From: Corallococcus caeni
GTDB lineage: Bacteria > Myxococcota > Myxococcia > Myxococcales > Myxococcaceae
Length of the DNA stretch: 64,000 nucleotides
NCBI RefSeq assembly: GCF_036245865.1
Contig: NZ_BTTW01000008.1
Coordinates: 32,396 to 96,395 of the forward strand
Direction: 5' to 3'
Shown: positions 1 to 9,411 of the stretch, piece after piece
How positions within the stretch are numbered: the first letter of the stretch is position 1
Layout: each line of letters begins with the position of its first letter
Program-made: the position numbers and the translations under genes
The notes under the pieces: generated by a model
The model's input: only the letters and a program-made list of their open reading frames with translations
Told to the model about the DNA's origin: nothing
The model's database searches: none

Positions 1-24
1 GCACGCAAGAAGGGGATTCACACG

Positions 25-1473
25 ATGTCCACTCGCTTCACGCAAGCCCTGGCGCTCGGCGCCCTCGTCACCCTGGTGGCCAGTGCCCCCGCCCTCGCCC
101 AGGAGGGCAGCAGCGTCAGCCTGGGTGTGGGTACCCAGAAGGTGCTCACCATCCCCGGCCTCAGCCGCGTCGCGCTGGGTGACCCGTCCATCGCCGAGGT
201 GAAGACGCTCGGCACCGGCCAGTTGCTCGTCACCGGCAACCAGGAGGGCAAGACGACGCTGCTCGTCTGGAAGTCCTCCGGTCAGCGCATCAGCTACCTC
301 GTCACCGTCCGCAAGCAGGACCCCAACGAGGTCATCTCGGAGATCAAGCGCCTCCTGGGTGAAATCGAAGGCGTGTCCGTGCGCATGGTGGGCGACCGCA
401 TCTACCTGGACGGTCAGGCCTACACCACGCAGGACGCGGACCGCATCGAGCAGGTGGTGAGCCTCTACCCGAACGTGAAGTCGTTCGTGAAGATCGCCCC
501 CAACGCCAAGAAGCTGGTCGCCCAGAACCTGAACGCGGCCTTCCAGAAGGCGGGCCTGAAGAACGTGCAGGCCAACGTGGTGGGCGCGACCATCTTCCTG
601 GAGGGCTCCGTGGAGAGCCAGCAGGACCTCCAGAAGGCGGAGCTGATCACGAAGGCCATCGGTGAGAAGGTGGAGAACCTGCTCGTCGTCGGCATCAAGC
701 GGATGATCCTCTCCGAGGTCCAGTTCGTCGAAATCCGCCGCAACAGCCGCGACCGCTACGGCATCAAGTACCCCACGGACATCACCGGGTCGCTGACGGC
801 CACCGTGAACCTGAACAAGGCCCTCATCCCGTCCGGCGACGCGGTGTCCAACCTCATCATGGGCGCGACGGGCGGCTCCGACCTGAGCATCGGGTTCCAG
901 GCCAACGACGGTTACGGCCGCCTGCTGGCGCAGCCCAAGCTGGTGTGCGCCAGCGGTGAGAAGGCGGAGTTCCTCGCCGGCGGCGAGGTGCCCATCCCGC
1001 TCATCACCAACACGCAGTTCACGGTGGAGTACAAGCCCTACGGCGTCATCCTGAACATCCGCCCCACCGCGGACCGCAACGGCAACATCCAGACGGAGGT
1101 GGAGGCGGAGGCCTCTGAAATCGACACCTCCGTGTCCGTGTCCTTCGGTGGTTCGTCCGCCATCCCCGGCTTCCGCACCCGCAAGGTGAAGACGAACGTC
1201 ACCGTGCGCCACGGTGAGACCATCGTGCTGTCGGGCGTGTTCAGCCACGACGAGCAGAAGGCCGTCGCGAAGCTGCCGGGCCTGGGCCACATCCCCATCG
1301 TGGGCGAGCTGTTCAAGAACCGCGCGTTCGACTCCACCAAGCGCGAGCTGGTGATCTTCGTCACCCCGCGCATCGTGAACCCGGACTCCGACAAGGTCCG
1401 CAGCATCATCGAGGACGTGAAGACCCGCTACAAGCAGGCCCGCTCCGAGGTGAACTTCAACATCTTCGACTGA
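25..1473 (+). CDS. Secretin family outer-membrane channel of a Tad/Flp-like pilus system (CpaC/RcpA-like; resembles Myxococcus KilC)
   Basis: Signal peptide MSTRFTQALALGALVTLVASAPALA; C-terminal secretin signature LPGLGHIPIVGELFKNRAFDSTKRELVIFVTPRIV; repeated N-terminal secretin-N-like segments. Confidence 0.85.
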   Translation: MSTRFTQALALGALVTLVASAPALAQEGSSVSLGVGTQKVLTIPGLSRVALGDPSIAEVKTLGTGQLLVTGNQEGKTTLLVWKSSGQRISYLVTVRKQDPNEVISEIKRLLGEIEGVSVRMVGDRIYLDGQAYTTQDADRIEQVVSLYPNVKSFVKIAPNAKKLVAQNLNAAFQKAGLKNVQANVVGATIFLEGSVESQQDLQKAELITKAIGEKVENLLVVGIKRMILSEVQFVEIRRNSRDRYGIKYPTDITGSLTATVNLNKALIPSGDAVSNLIMGATGGSDLSIGFQANDGYGRLLAQPKLVCASGEKAEFLAGGEVPIPLITNTQFTVEYKPYGVILNIRPTADRNGNIQTEVEAEASEIDTSVSVSFGGSSAIPGFRTRKVKTNVTVRHGETIVLSGVFSHDEQKAVAKLPGLGHIPIVGELFKNRAFDSTKRELVIFVTPRIVNPDSDKVRSIIEDVKTRYKQARSEVNFNIFD

Positions 1474-1603
1474 GGCCCTCGCAGCCCTCACGTCGGATCC
1501 GGGCCGGCCCCATCCCTGCTTCAGCGGGGGAGGGTGCCGGCCCGTCTGTTACCGGGCAGCAGGCGGGCGAGCGTCGCAGGAGTCTTTGAGGTCGTAGGAG
1601 GGC

Positions 1604-3376
1604 TTGGTAGCATCCCGGCCCATGTTTCTAGTCACGCTGACGGAGAAGGGCGGCGGTTCGGAGCAGCGGGAGTACCCCAAGAACGAGATCACGATCGGCC
1701 GGATTGCCGGCAACGACATCGTGCTCGCCAAGGGGAACGTCTCCAAGACCCACTCCCGCATCGTCGAAAAGGACGGGCGCTTCATCATCGTGGACATGAA
1801 GTCCACGAACGGCACCTTCGTGAACGGCAAGAAGATCGCCGGTCCCATGGTGCTCAAGCCCACCGACCAGGTCTCCATCGGCGACTACATCCTCAACGTG
1901 GAGGCGCTGGAGGACGCGCCCCAGGACGAGGGTTACGACGAGGAGCAGGGCGAGGAGGCCTACGAGGAGGAAGAGGCCTACGAGGAGGAGGAGCCCTACG
2001 AGGAGGAGGCGCCCGCGCCCGCCGCCGCCCCTCCCAGCCGCATGCCCGCGTCCATGGCCGCGGCCATGGCGAAGAACAAGCGCAAGGTGGACCCCCGGCT
2101 GGAGCGCTACTCGCGGCTCCAGAAGGAGATCCACGACCGGCTCATCGAGTACCTGGACCTGCGCCGCATGGACATGGACCGGCTCGGGGACGAGGAGCTC
2201 TGGCGCCGCACCGAGAAGGCCATCCGGGACATCATCGACCAGATGGAGGCGGACGGAGAGCTTCCGACGGACGTGGACCGGGAGGAGCTGCTCACCGACG
2301 TCATCAACGAGGCGCTGGGCCTGGGGCCCCTGGAGGCGTTCCTCGCGTCGGAAGAGATCAGCGAGATCATGGTGAACCACGCCAACCAGATCTACATCGA
2401 GCGCAAGGGCAAGCTGACCCTGTCGGAGAAGACGTTCTCCTCCAACCAGGCGGTGCTCGGCGTCATCGAGCGCATCGTGGCGCCCATCGGCCGGCGCATC
2501 GACGAGTCCAGCCCGCTGGTGGACGCGCGCCTCAAGGACGGCAGCCGCGTGAACGCCATCATCCCGCCGCTGGCGCTCAAGGGCCCCTGCATCACCATCC
2601 GCAAGTTCAAGAAGGACGCGCTGAAGATCCAGGACCTCATCAAGTACAAGACCGTCACCGCGCAGATGGCCGAGTTCCTGGAGATGTGCGTCACCGCGCG
2701 CCGCAACATCGTCATCTCCGGCGGCACGGGCTCCGGGAAGACGACGACGCTGAACATCATCAGCTCCTTCATCCCGGAGGGTGAGCGCATCATCACGGTG
2801 GAGGACGCGGCGGAGCTTCAGCTGCCGCAGGACCACTGGGTGCAGCTGGAGAGCCGCCCGCCCAACCTGGAAGGCAAGGGCGCCATCACCATCCGCGAGC
2901 TGGTGAAGAACTGCCTGCGCATGCGGCCGGACCGCATCGTCGTGGGCGAGTGCCGCTCCGGCGAGACGCTGGACATGCTCCAGGCCATGAACACCGGCCA
3001 CGACGGTTCGCTCACCACGCTGCACGCGAACACGCCGCGTGACGCCATCGCGCGGCTGGAGACGATGGTGCTCATGTCCGGCATGGAGCTGCCGGTGAAG
3101 GCCATCCGCGAGCAGATCGCCAGCGCGGTGCACCTCATCGTGCAGCAGACGCGCTTCTCCGACGGCTCCCGCAAGATCTGCTTCATCACGGAGGTGTCCG
3201 GCATGGAGGTCGACATCGTGACCCTGCAGGACATCTTCTATTACAAGCAGGATGGCTTCACCGAGGACCACAAGGTGCGCGGGCGGTACGTGGCTTCGGG
3301 CTTCGTCCCGAAGTTCTACGACGAGCTCCAGCGCAAGGGCATCCCCGTGAACATGAGCATCTTCCGCGAGGACTGA
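1604..3376 (+). CDS. FHA domain fused to a CpaF/TadA-type secretion ATPase
   Basis: N-terminal FHA (ITIGRIAGNDIVLAKGNVSKTHSRIVEKDGRFIIVDMKSTNGTFVNG), acidic linker, Walker A GGTGSGKTTTLN, CpaF-type ATPase core; alternative start at 1622. Confidence 0.85.
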   Translation: MVASRPMFLVTLTEKGGGSEQREYPKNEITIGRIAGNDIVLAKGNVSKTHSRIVEKDGRFIIVDMKSTNGTFVNGKKIAGPMVLKPTDQVSIGDYILNVEALEDAPQDEGYDEEQGEEAYEEEEAYEEEEPYEEEAPAPAAAPPSRMPASMAAAMAKNKRKVDPRLERYSRLQKEIHDRLIEYLDLRRMDMDRLGDEELWRRTEKAIRDIIDQMEADGELPTDVDREELLTDVINEALGLGPLEAFLASEEISEIMVNHANQIYIERKGKLTLSEKTFSSNQAVLGVIERIVAPIGRRIDESSPLVDARLKDGSRVNAIIPPLALKGPCITIRKFKKDALKIQDLIKYKTVTAQMAEFLEMCVTARRNIVISGGTGSGKTTTLNIISSFIPEGERIITVEDAAELQLPQDHWVQLESRPPNLEGKGAITIRELVKNCLRMRPDRIVVGECRSGETLDMLQAMNTGHDGSLTTLHANTPRDAIARLETMVLMSGMELPVKAIREQIASAVHLIVQQTRFSDGSRKICFITEVSGMEVDIVTLQDIFYYKQDGFTEDHKVRGRYVASGFVPKFYDELQRKGIPVNMSIFRED

Positions 3377-3383
3377 CGCGCCC

Positions 3384-5594
3384 ATGGCAACCCTGGTCGT
3401 CCGTCACCCTGACGGCACTGAGCACGAGCACGAAATCGCTGGCGAGCTGAAGATTGGCCGCCAGCAGGGCAATGACCTCGTCCTCACGGAAGGCGGCGTG
3501 TCGCGGCAGCACGCGCGCGTCTACGTGGAGGGCGGCGCCGTCTACATCGAGGACGGAGGCAGCCAGAACGGCACCTTCGTGGACGGTGAGCGCATCGAGG
3601 GGCCCACGGCGCTGACGCCGGGCTCGCAGGTGCTGCTGGGCGACTACGAGCTGAAGCTCAAGGGGAGCGCCCGGAGCAGCAGCAGCGGCCGCCGCGCGGC
3701 GACGCCGCCTCCCGGCGATCCCGCGACGCTCGCGGACGCGCCCGTGAAGGGCACGCGCGCCATGCCCAGCATCCGCGCGAAGGCCACCCAGAACGGCGCC
3801 GCGAAGCCCGAGGGCGCGCTGGCGAAGCGGCCCTCACGGCCCCAGCCCGCGGGTGGCGCGGCGGCGGGCGCGGGCGCGGGTCCGGTGCTCAAGGGCATGA
3901 CGGGGCCGTGGGCGGGCAAGTCGTTCCCCATCAGCGGCACGCTGCTGGTGGGCCGGGCGCCTCCGGCGGCGGTCATCCTGGATGACGACTCCGTGAGCCG
4001 GAAGCACGCGGAGGTGCGGCGCGAGGGCGCCGCCGTGCGCGCGCGCGACCTGGGCAGCGCCAACGGCACCCTGCTCAACGGCGAGCTGCTGGGCGAGGAG
4101 TTCGTCGACCTGCAGCCCGGGGACGTTCTCCAGTTCGGCGTGGTGGAGATGACCTACGAGGCCTCCGACACGCCCGCGCGGCGTCCGGGGACGGGCGCGG
4201 TGCCGCCCCGCCGTGGCAGCCGCGCGGAGCCCGCGGCGGATAGCAAGCGCAAGCTGCTGGTGGTCGCGGGCGGCGTGGTGGCCCTGCTGGCGGTGGCGGC
4301 GGTGGTGAAGTCCTCCGTCGGGGCTCCCCAGAAGGCCCCGAAGGCCGGTCCGGCCGCGCCGTTGGATCCCGCGCAGCAGGTGCAGGAGCTGCTCAGCGAG
4401 TGCCGCTCCTACGCCTCCAACGAGATGGGCGCCCCCAACTGGGACCGCGCCGAGTCCACGTGCGAGCAGGCGCTGGACATGGACCCCATCAACGCCGAGG
4501 CGAACACCCTCGTGCGGCGCATCAAGCTGGAGAAGGAGGCCTTCGGCAACTTCGAGGCCGCGAAGAAGGCCATCGAGCTCAACCGTGAGAAGGAAGCGCT
4601 GACGCTGCTGCGCAAGATTCCGAAGGAGAGCGAGTACTTCCGCCGCGCCCGCTCCAAGGCGCGGGAGACGGCCGAGCAGTTCGTGGAGCGCGCGAAGGAC
4701 GACTGCAAGCGCTACCTGAACAACTCGCAGTGGGGACCCGCGGTGCCGCGCTGCCAGGAGTACATGGAGGTGTGGTGCCAGAAGCAGAGCAAGGAGGACC
4801 TGGAGCCGCCCATCGGCCAGACGCTCCGCCTGGAGGGCGGCCTGCGCAAGAACGACTGGCGCCCCAAGGACGCCATGTTCGTGAAGTTCCTCGTCGCCCG
4901 CACGCGGGTGGACCGCAACGCCGCGCCGTGGACGTGCCCGGTGTCCGACATCCTGGCGTCGGATGAGCTGGGCCCGGATCAGGCCAGCGAGGTGCGCGCC
5001 ATGTTCACCAAGCGCTACGCCCCGAAGCTCGTCCAGGCGGCGATGATGGACTACTGGACCGGCCGCGGCAGCGAATCCGTGGCGACGCTGCAGAAGCTGC
5101 GCGCGAAGGTGGACCAGGCGGAGTTCCACTCGCTGGCGGACGAGCTCATCCGCGACGTGTCCAACGTGGATCAGCTCTTCAAGACGGGCGAGAGCGCGCT
5201 CACCAACGAGGACCCCGAGCGCGCGGTGGCCCCGTTCAAGGAGGCGCTGGCGACGGACAAGCGCATCATGGCGGAGCTCGCGGAGTCTCACGTGTCCTTC
5301 TACCGGAAGAACATCTTCCAGGACATGGCGGCCGCGTCTTACCTGCGCGGCAAGCACTTCGCCGACCGCGAGGACCGCCGCCGAGGTTGCCGCATCTGGA
5401 AGCTGGGCTTCGACTTCTACAAGGGCAACACGGACCTCAACCGCGTGGTGGCCTTCTGCTCCACGCAGGCGCAGAACGCGCTGTCCGGCGTAGGCAGCTG
5501 TTCGGACCTGGCGATGGTGGAGGACTATGCCGTGCCGGGTGACGGCATCGCGGAGCAGGTGGCCGCGAAGAAGGCCGAGCTGAAGTGCCGCTGA
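3384..5594 (+). CDS. Tandem-FHA membrane protein (two FHA domains, one TM helix, large C-terminal helical/Cys-containing periplasmic domain)
   Basis: FHA1 LKIGRQQGNDLVLTEGGVSRQHARVYVE..NGTFVDG; FHA2 LLVGRAPPAAVILDDDSVSRKHAEVRRE..NGTLLNG; TM segment LLVVAGGVVALLAVAAVV; lies directly after the ATPase gene. Confidence 0.75.
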   Translation: MATLVVRHPDGTEHEHEIAGELKIGRQQGNDLVLTEGGVSRQHARVYVEGGAVYIEDGGSQNGTFVDGERIEGPTALTPGSQVLLGDYELKLKGSARSSSSGRRAATPPPGDPATLADAPVKGTRAMPSIRAKATQNGAAKPEGALAKRPSRPQPAGGAAAGAGAGPVLKGMTGPWAGKSFPISGTLLVGRAPPAAVILDDDSVSRKHAEVRREGAAVRARDLGSANGTLLNGELLGEEFVDLQPGDVLQFGVVEMTYEASDTPARRPGTGAVPPRRGSRAEPAADSKRKLLVVAGGVVALLAVAAVVKSSVGAPQKAPKAGPAAPLDPAQQVQELLSECRSYASNEMGAPNWDRAESTCEQALDMDPINAEANTLVRRIKLEKEAFGNFEAAKKAIELNREKEALTLLRKIPKESEYFRRARSKARETAEQFVERAKDDCKRYLNNSQWGPAVPRCQEYMEVWCQKQSKEDLEPPIGQTLRLEGGLRKNDWRPKDAMFVKFLVARTRVDRNAAPWTCPVSDILASDELGPDQASEVRAMFTKRYAPKLVQAAMMDYWTGRGSESVATLQKLRAKVDQAEFHSLADELIRDVSNVDQLFKTGESALTNEDPERAVAPFKEALATDKRIMAELAESHVSFYRKNIFQDMAAASYLRGKHFADREDRRRGCRIWKLGFDFYKGNTDLNRVVAFCSTQAQNALSGVGSCSDLAMVEDYAVPGDGIAEQVAAKKAELKCR

Positions 5595-5653
5595 GCGGCG
5601 CTCGGGTGCGGGGCTTCGTGGACAGGGAGCGGGAGGCGCGCTAGGGACGGGGG

Positions 5654-8359
5654 ATGGCCGACACCAGCCCCCCGCGCTCCGAGCGCCGCCTGGCGCTCTT
5701 CGACGCCTCTGGCTTCATCTTCCGCGCCTACCACGCCATCCCCCCGCTCACGACGAGCAAGGGGGTGCCCACCAACGCGGTGCTGGGCTTCACCCGCATG
5801 GTGCTCAAGGCCCTGCAGGAGCTGAAGCCCACGCACGTGGCGCTGGCGTTCGACAAGTCGGGCCGCGTGGAGCGTCAGAAGATAGACCCCACGTACAAGG
5901 CGAACCGCAAGGCGCCGCCGGAGGACCTGACGCCCCAGTTCCCGCTCATCCGCAAGGTGGGGGACGTGCTGAACCTGCCCTCGCTGGACGCGGAGGGCTG
6001 GGAGGCGGACGACGTCATCGGCACGCTGGCGCTCCAGGCGAAGGCCGAAGGGTTCCAGGTCCTGGTCATCACCAGCGACAAGGACTTCATGCAGATCGTC
6101 GACGAGGACATCACCCTCTTCGACCCCGCGAAGAACAAGCGCATCGGCGTCGTGGACGTGCAGGAGAAGATGGGCATCCTGCCGAAGCAGGTGCGCGACT
6201 TCCTGGCCCTGGTGGGCGACGCGGTGGACAACGTCGCCAAGGTGCCGGGCGTGGGCGACAAGACGGCGGTGGAGCTGCTCCACCAGTTCGGCGACGTGGA
6301 GACGCTGCTCTCGCGCGTGGAGGAAGTGAAGAAGCCGAAGATCCGCGCGGCGCTGGAGTCCCACCGCGACAGCCTGGTGCGCGCCAAGCAGCTCGTGACC
6401 TTCAACACCACGCTGCCCCTGGGCGTGAAGCTGGACGACCTGGCCCGCCGCCCGCCGGACTCCACGCGCGCGCGGGACTTGTTCACGGAGCTGGAGTTCT
6501 TCGCGCTCCTGCGCGACCTGCCGGCGGAGGAGCCCGCGGCCCGCCCGGACGTGGCGCCGCTCGCCGTCACCACCACGCTGGTCACCACCGAGGAGGAGCT
6601 GAAGGCGCTGGCGGACGCGGCGAAGGCCGGCGGGGCGCTCACGCTGGTGCCCGCCTTCGAGGGCATGCCCTTCGCGGCGCCGCTGGTGGGCCTGGGCGTG
6701 GCGCTGCCGGACGGAAATACGCGCTACGTGCCCCTGCGGCACCAGCAGCTGGGCGCGACGCAGGTGCCGGCGGCGGCCTTCACCGCGGTGATGAAGGACG
6801 TGCTCGCGGACGCGGCGGTGAAGAAGGGCGGCCACGACCTCAAGGCGCTCACGCTGGTGCTGGCCAACGAGGGGCTGACGCTGGAGGGCGCGCACGACGA
6901 CGTGGAGCTGCTCAGCTACCTGCTCAACCCTTCGCGCCGGGAGCACGCGCTGGAGGACCTGGCGCGCGAGCGGCTGCGCTCGGAGCTGCCCGCGCTGCCC
7001 GCGTCGGTGGGGGGCAAGAAGGGGCGGGCGCTGGCGGACCACGGGCCGGAGGAGGTGGCCGCGGCGTACGCGGTGCGCGCGGACGCGGCGCGGAGGCTGG
7101 CCCCGGAGCTGTGGAAGGAACTGGAGCTGGGCGGGCTGGCGGAGCTGGCGCGCACGCTGGAGCTGCCGCTGCTGCCCGTGCTCGCGCGCATGGAGCGCGA
7201 GGGCGTGAAGCTGGACGTGGCGGAGCTGGCGCGCACCTCCGAGCGCGTGGACGTGGAGGTGAAGGCGAAGGAGGCCGAGTGCCACCAGGCCGCGGGCCAC
7301 GTCTTCAACCTGGGCTCCAATCCGCAGCTGGCGCAGGTGCTCTACGAGGAGCAGAAGCTGCCCATCCTCAAGCGCGGCAAGACGGGCCCGTCCACGGATC
7401 AGGAGGTGCTGGAGAAGCTGGCGGAGGAGCACGACAGCGTGCTCGCGCGGGCGCTCATCGAGTACCGGGGCCTGTCCAAGCTCAAGAGCACCTACCTGGA
7501 CACGCTGCCCACGCTGGTGGCGAAGGACGGGCGCATCCATACGACGTACCACCAGGCGGCCACCGCCACCGGCCGGCTGTCCTCGTCCGACCCGAACCTC
7601 CAGAACATCCCCATCCGCTCGGAGCTGGGGCGTGAAATCCGGCGCGCCTTCGTGGCGGAGGCCGGGCACCAGCTGGTGAGCGCGGACTACTCGCAGGTGG
7701 AGCTGCGGCTTTTGGCGCACATCGCGGAGGACCCGGTGCTCATCGAGGCCTTCCGCAACGACGAGGACATCCACAGCCGCACGGCGGCCGAAATCTTCGG
7801 CGTGGACCCCAAGGACGTGGACCGCGAGCAGCGCCGCGTGGCGAAGACGGTGAACTTCGGCATCGCGTACGGCCTGTCCGCGCACGGCCTGTCCACGCGC
7901 CTGGGGATTTCACAGGAGAACGCGCGCGACGTCATCGAGCGGTACTTCACCCGGTACGCGGGCATCCGCCAGTACCTGGAGGACACCGTGGAGAAGGCGC
8001 GCAAGGTGGGCTACGTGGAGACGCTCTACGGCCGCCGCCGCCTGATGGGGGACCTGCTCTCCAAGAACCGGGGCGTGGCCCAGGCCGCGGAGCGCGCCGC
8101 CATCAACATGCCCATCCAGGGCACCGCCGCGGACCTGATGAAGAAGGCCATGCTGTCCGTGGACGCGGCGCTGCGCGCGCAGAAGCTGAAGACGCGCGTG
8201 CTCCTGCAGGTGCACGACGAACTGCTCTTCGAGGCGCCGGACGCGGAGGTGGACGCGGTGAAGGCCCTGGCCGTGAAGAGCATGGCCTCCGTCGCCGAGC
8301 TGAAGGTGCCGCTCAAGGTGGACGTGGGCGCGGGCAAGAGCTGGGCGGACGCGCACTGA
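5654..8359 (+). CDS. polA: DNA polymerase I
   Basis: 5'-3' exonuclease N-terminus (LALFDASGFIFRAYHA), 3'-5' exonuclease region, polymerase motifs (RRVAKTVNFGIAYG, QVHDELLFE). Confidence 0.95.
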   Translation: MADTSPPRSERRLALFDASGFIFRAYHAIPPLTTSKGVPTNAVLGFTRMVLKALQELKPTHVALAFDKSGRVERQKIDPTYKANRKAPPEDLTPQFPLIRKVGDVLNLPSLDAEGWEADDVIGTLALQAKAEGFQVLVITSDKDFMQIVDEDITLFDPAKNKRIGVVDVQEKMGILPKQVRDFLALVGDAVDNVAKVPGVGDKTAVELLHQFGDVETLLSRVEEVKKPKIRAALESHRDSLVRAKQLVTFNTTLPLGVKLDDLARRPPDSTRARDLFTELEFFALLRDLPAEEPAARPDVAPLAVTTTLVTTEEELKALADAAKAGGALTLVPAFEGMPFAAPLVGLGVALPDGNTRYVPLRHQQLGATQVPAAAFTAVMKDVLADAAVKKGGHDLKALTLVLANEGLTLEGAHDDVELLSYLLNPSRREHALEDLARERLRSELPALPASVGGKKGRALADHGPEEVAAAYAVRADAARRLAPELWKELELGGLAELARTLELPLLPVLARMEREGVKLDVAELARTSERVDVEVKAKEAECHQAAGHVFNLGSNPQLAQVLYEEQKLPILKRGKTGPSTDQEVLEKLAEEHDSVLARALIEYRGLSKLKSTYLDTLPTLVAKDGRIHTTYHQAATATGRLSSSDPNLQNIPIRSELGREIRRAFVAEAGHQLVSADYSQVELRLLAHIAEDPVLIEAFRNDEDIHSRTAAEIFGVDPKDVDREQRRVAKTVNFGIAYGLSAHGLSTRLGISQENARDVIERYFTRYAGIRQYLEDTVEKARKVGYVETLYGRRRLMGDLLSKNRGVAQAAERAAINMPIQGTAADLMKKAMLSVDAALRAQKLKTRVLLQVHDELLFEAPDAEVDAVKALAVKSMASVAELKVPLKVDVGAGKSWADAH

Positions 8360-8372
8360 GCCCCAAAAAAAT

Positions 8373-8409
8373 GCGGGAGAGCGCCCACCCCCGTAGGCGC
8401 CCTCCCGCT
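8373..8409. terminator. Hairpin (13-bp stem, 1 mismatch) flanked by an A6 run; intrinsic-terminator-like, U-run on the minus-strand side
   Basis: gcgggagagcgcc-cacccccgtag-ggcgccctcccgc preceded by aaaaaa (8365-8370). Confidence 0.4.
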
Positions 8410-8686
8410 GCCCCATCCCCACATCCCCCCGACAAAACATGCCGATCCGTCCGACCGGCGGAGCGCGCGGACCCCCATCCACGCGTTCCGGCGTTCGACC
8501 GTGTGCGGCTCACCGCTCCCCCGAGCAGGAACACGCACCCTCAAGGCGCGGTCACGGACCCCCATCCGCGACAGCGCACCCTCCCGCCAGCCCCCGGACC
8601 CTTCCTCATTGAGGAGTGTCAAGCCGGACGGATCGGCAAACCCTTGCAACCAAACCCTGGCGCCAACCGCGCGCCGTGAATGCCTC

Positions 8687-9237
8687 TCAATGCATGGCGG
8701 ACCGCTCGTCGCGACGGCCCGCCGGGGCCCGGCGCGCGTGGGACGGCCGCTCGAAGTACTCCACCACCAGGCCGCCAAACGGCACCCGGGGACCATCCGC
8801 CTTCGGGTCCGCCATCCGCTGGAGCAGCGCCACCGCGCTGTCCACGGCCTCGTCGAGCGCGCGGTTGATGCGCTGGCGCTCCGCGTCCCCACCGCCCAGG
8901 ACCTCCAGGGCGTCCACCAGGCACCGCCGCAGCAGTGCGAACTCGTCGTGCAGGGCCCGCGCGCCACGCTCCGGCGCCAGGCGCAGCACCGCGCGGGTGC
9001 GGCTCCAGGGGCTGGACTCCACGCCCTCCAGCGTCAGCCCCAGCTCCCGGACGAAGGGCTCCACCAGTCCGTCCAGCAGGCTGGCGCCCGGAACGCCCTG
9101 GCCCTCGTGCGCCGCCAGCCGCATCCGCCGCCACAGCGCCGCGATGCGCTCCGGCTGCCTGCTGAAGACCCGGGCCGCCCCGGCCTTCTTCCGTCCCCGC
9201 TCCGCCGCCATGTCCGTTGTCGTCCGCATCGCGAGCA
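8687..9237 (-). CDS. Hypothetical protein (start uncertain: 9237 or 9204)
   Basis: ORF in frame with MSLLAMRTTTDMAAERG...; no recognisable motif; the overlapping ORFs on both strands are Arg/Pro-rich GC artefacts. Confidence 0.35.
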
Positions 9238-9411
9238 AAGACATAGCAAGGGCTTTGCCAACGCCAGACGTGTGCTGGTTCCCAATGAATCCGCCCACTT
9301 GGGCAATGGGCCTGCCCTGAAGGGAGGGCGGAGGACGTAAATCCTACGGGGCGGATGTTGAAAGGCCGGGAGCAGGGGAAGAACCTTCCCTGCCTGGGCA
9401 GCCCGCGCCTC

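Noticed and set aside
1628-3385. 585-aa minus-strand ORF antisense to the FHA-CpaF ATPase gene
   Set aside because: Shadow ORF; the plus strand carries clear FHA and Walker A motifs.
5525-7885. 786-aa minus-strand ORF antisense to polA
   Set aside because: Shadow ORF opposite an unambiguous DNA polymerase I.
8026-9340. Multiple overlapping 200-300-aa ORFs on both strands downstream of polA
   Set aside because: Mutually exclusive and Arg/Pro/Gly-rich; only the 8687..9237 minus-strand frame has ordinary composition, and even that call is low confidence.
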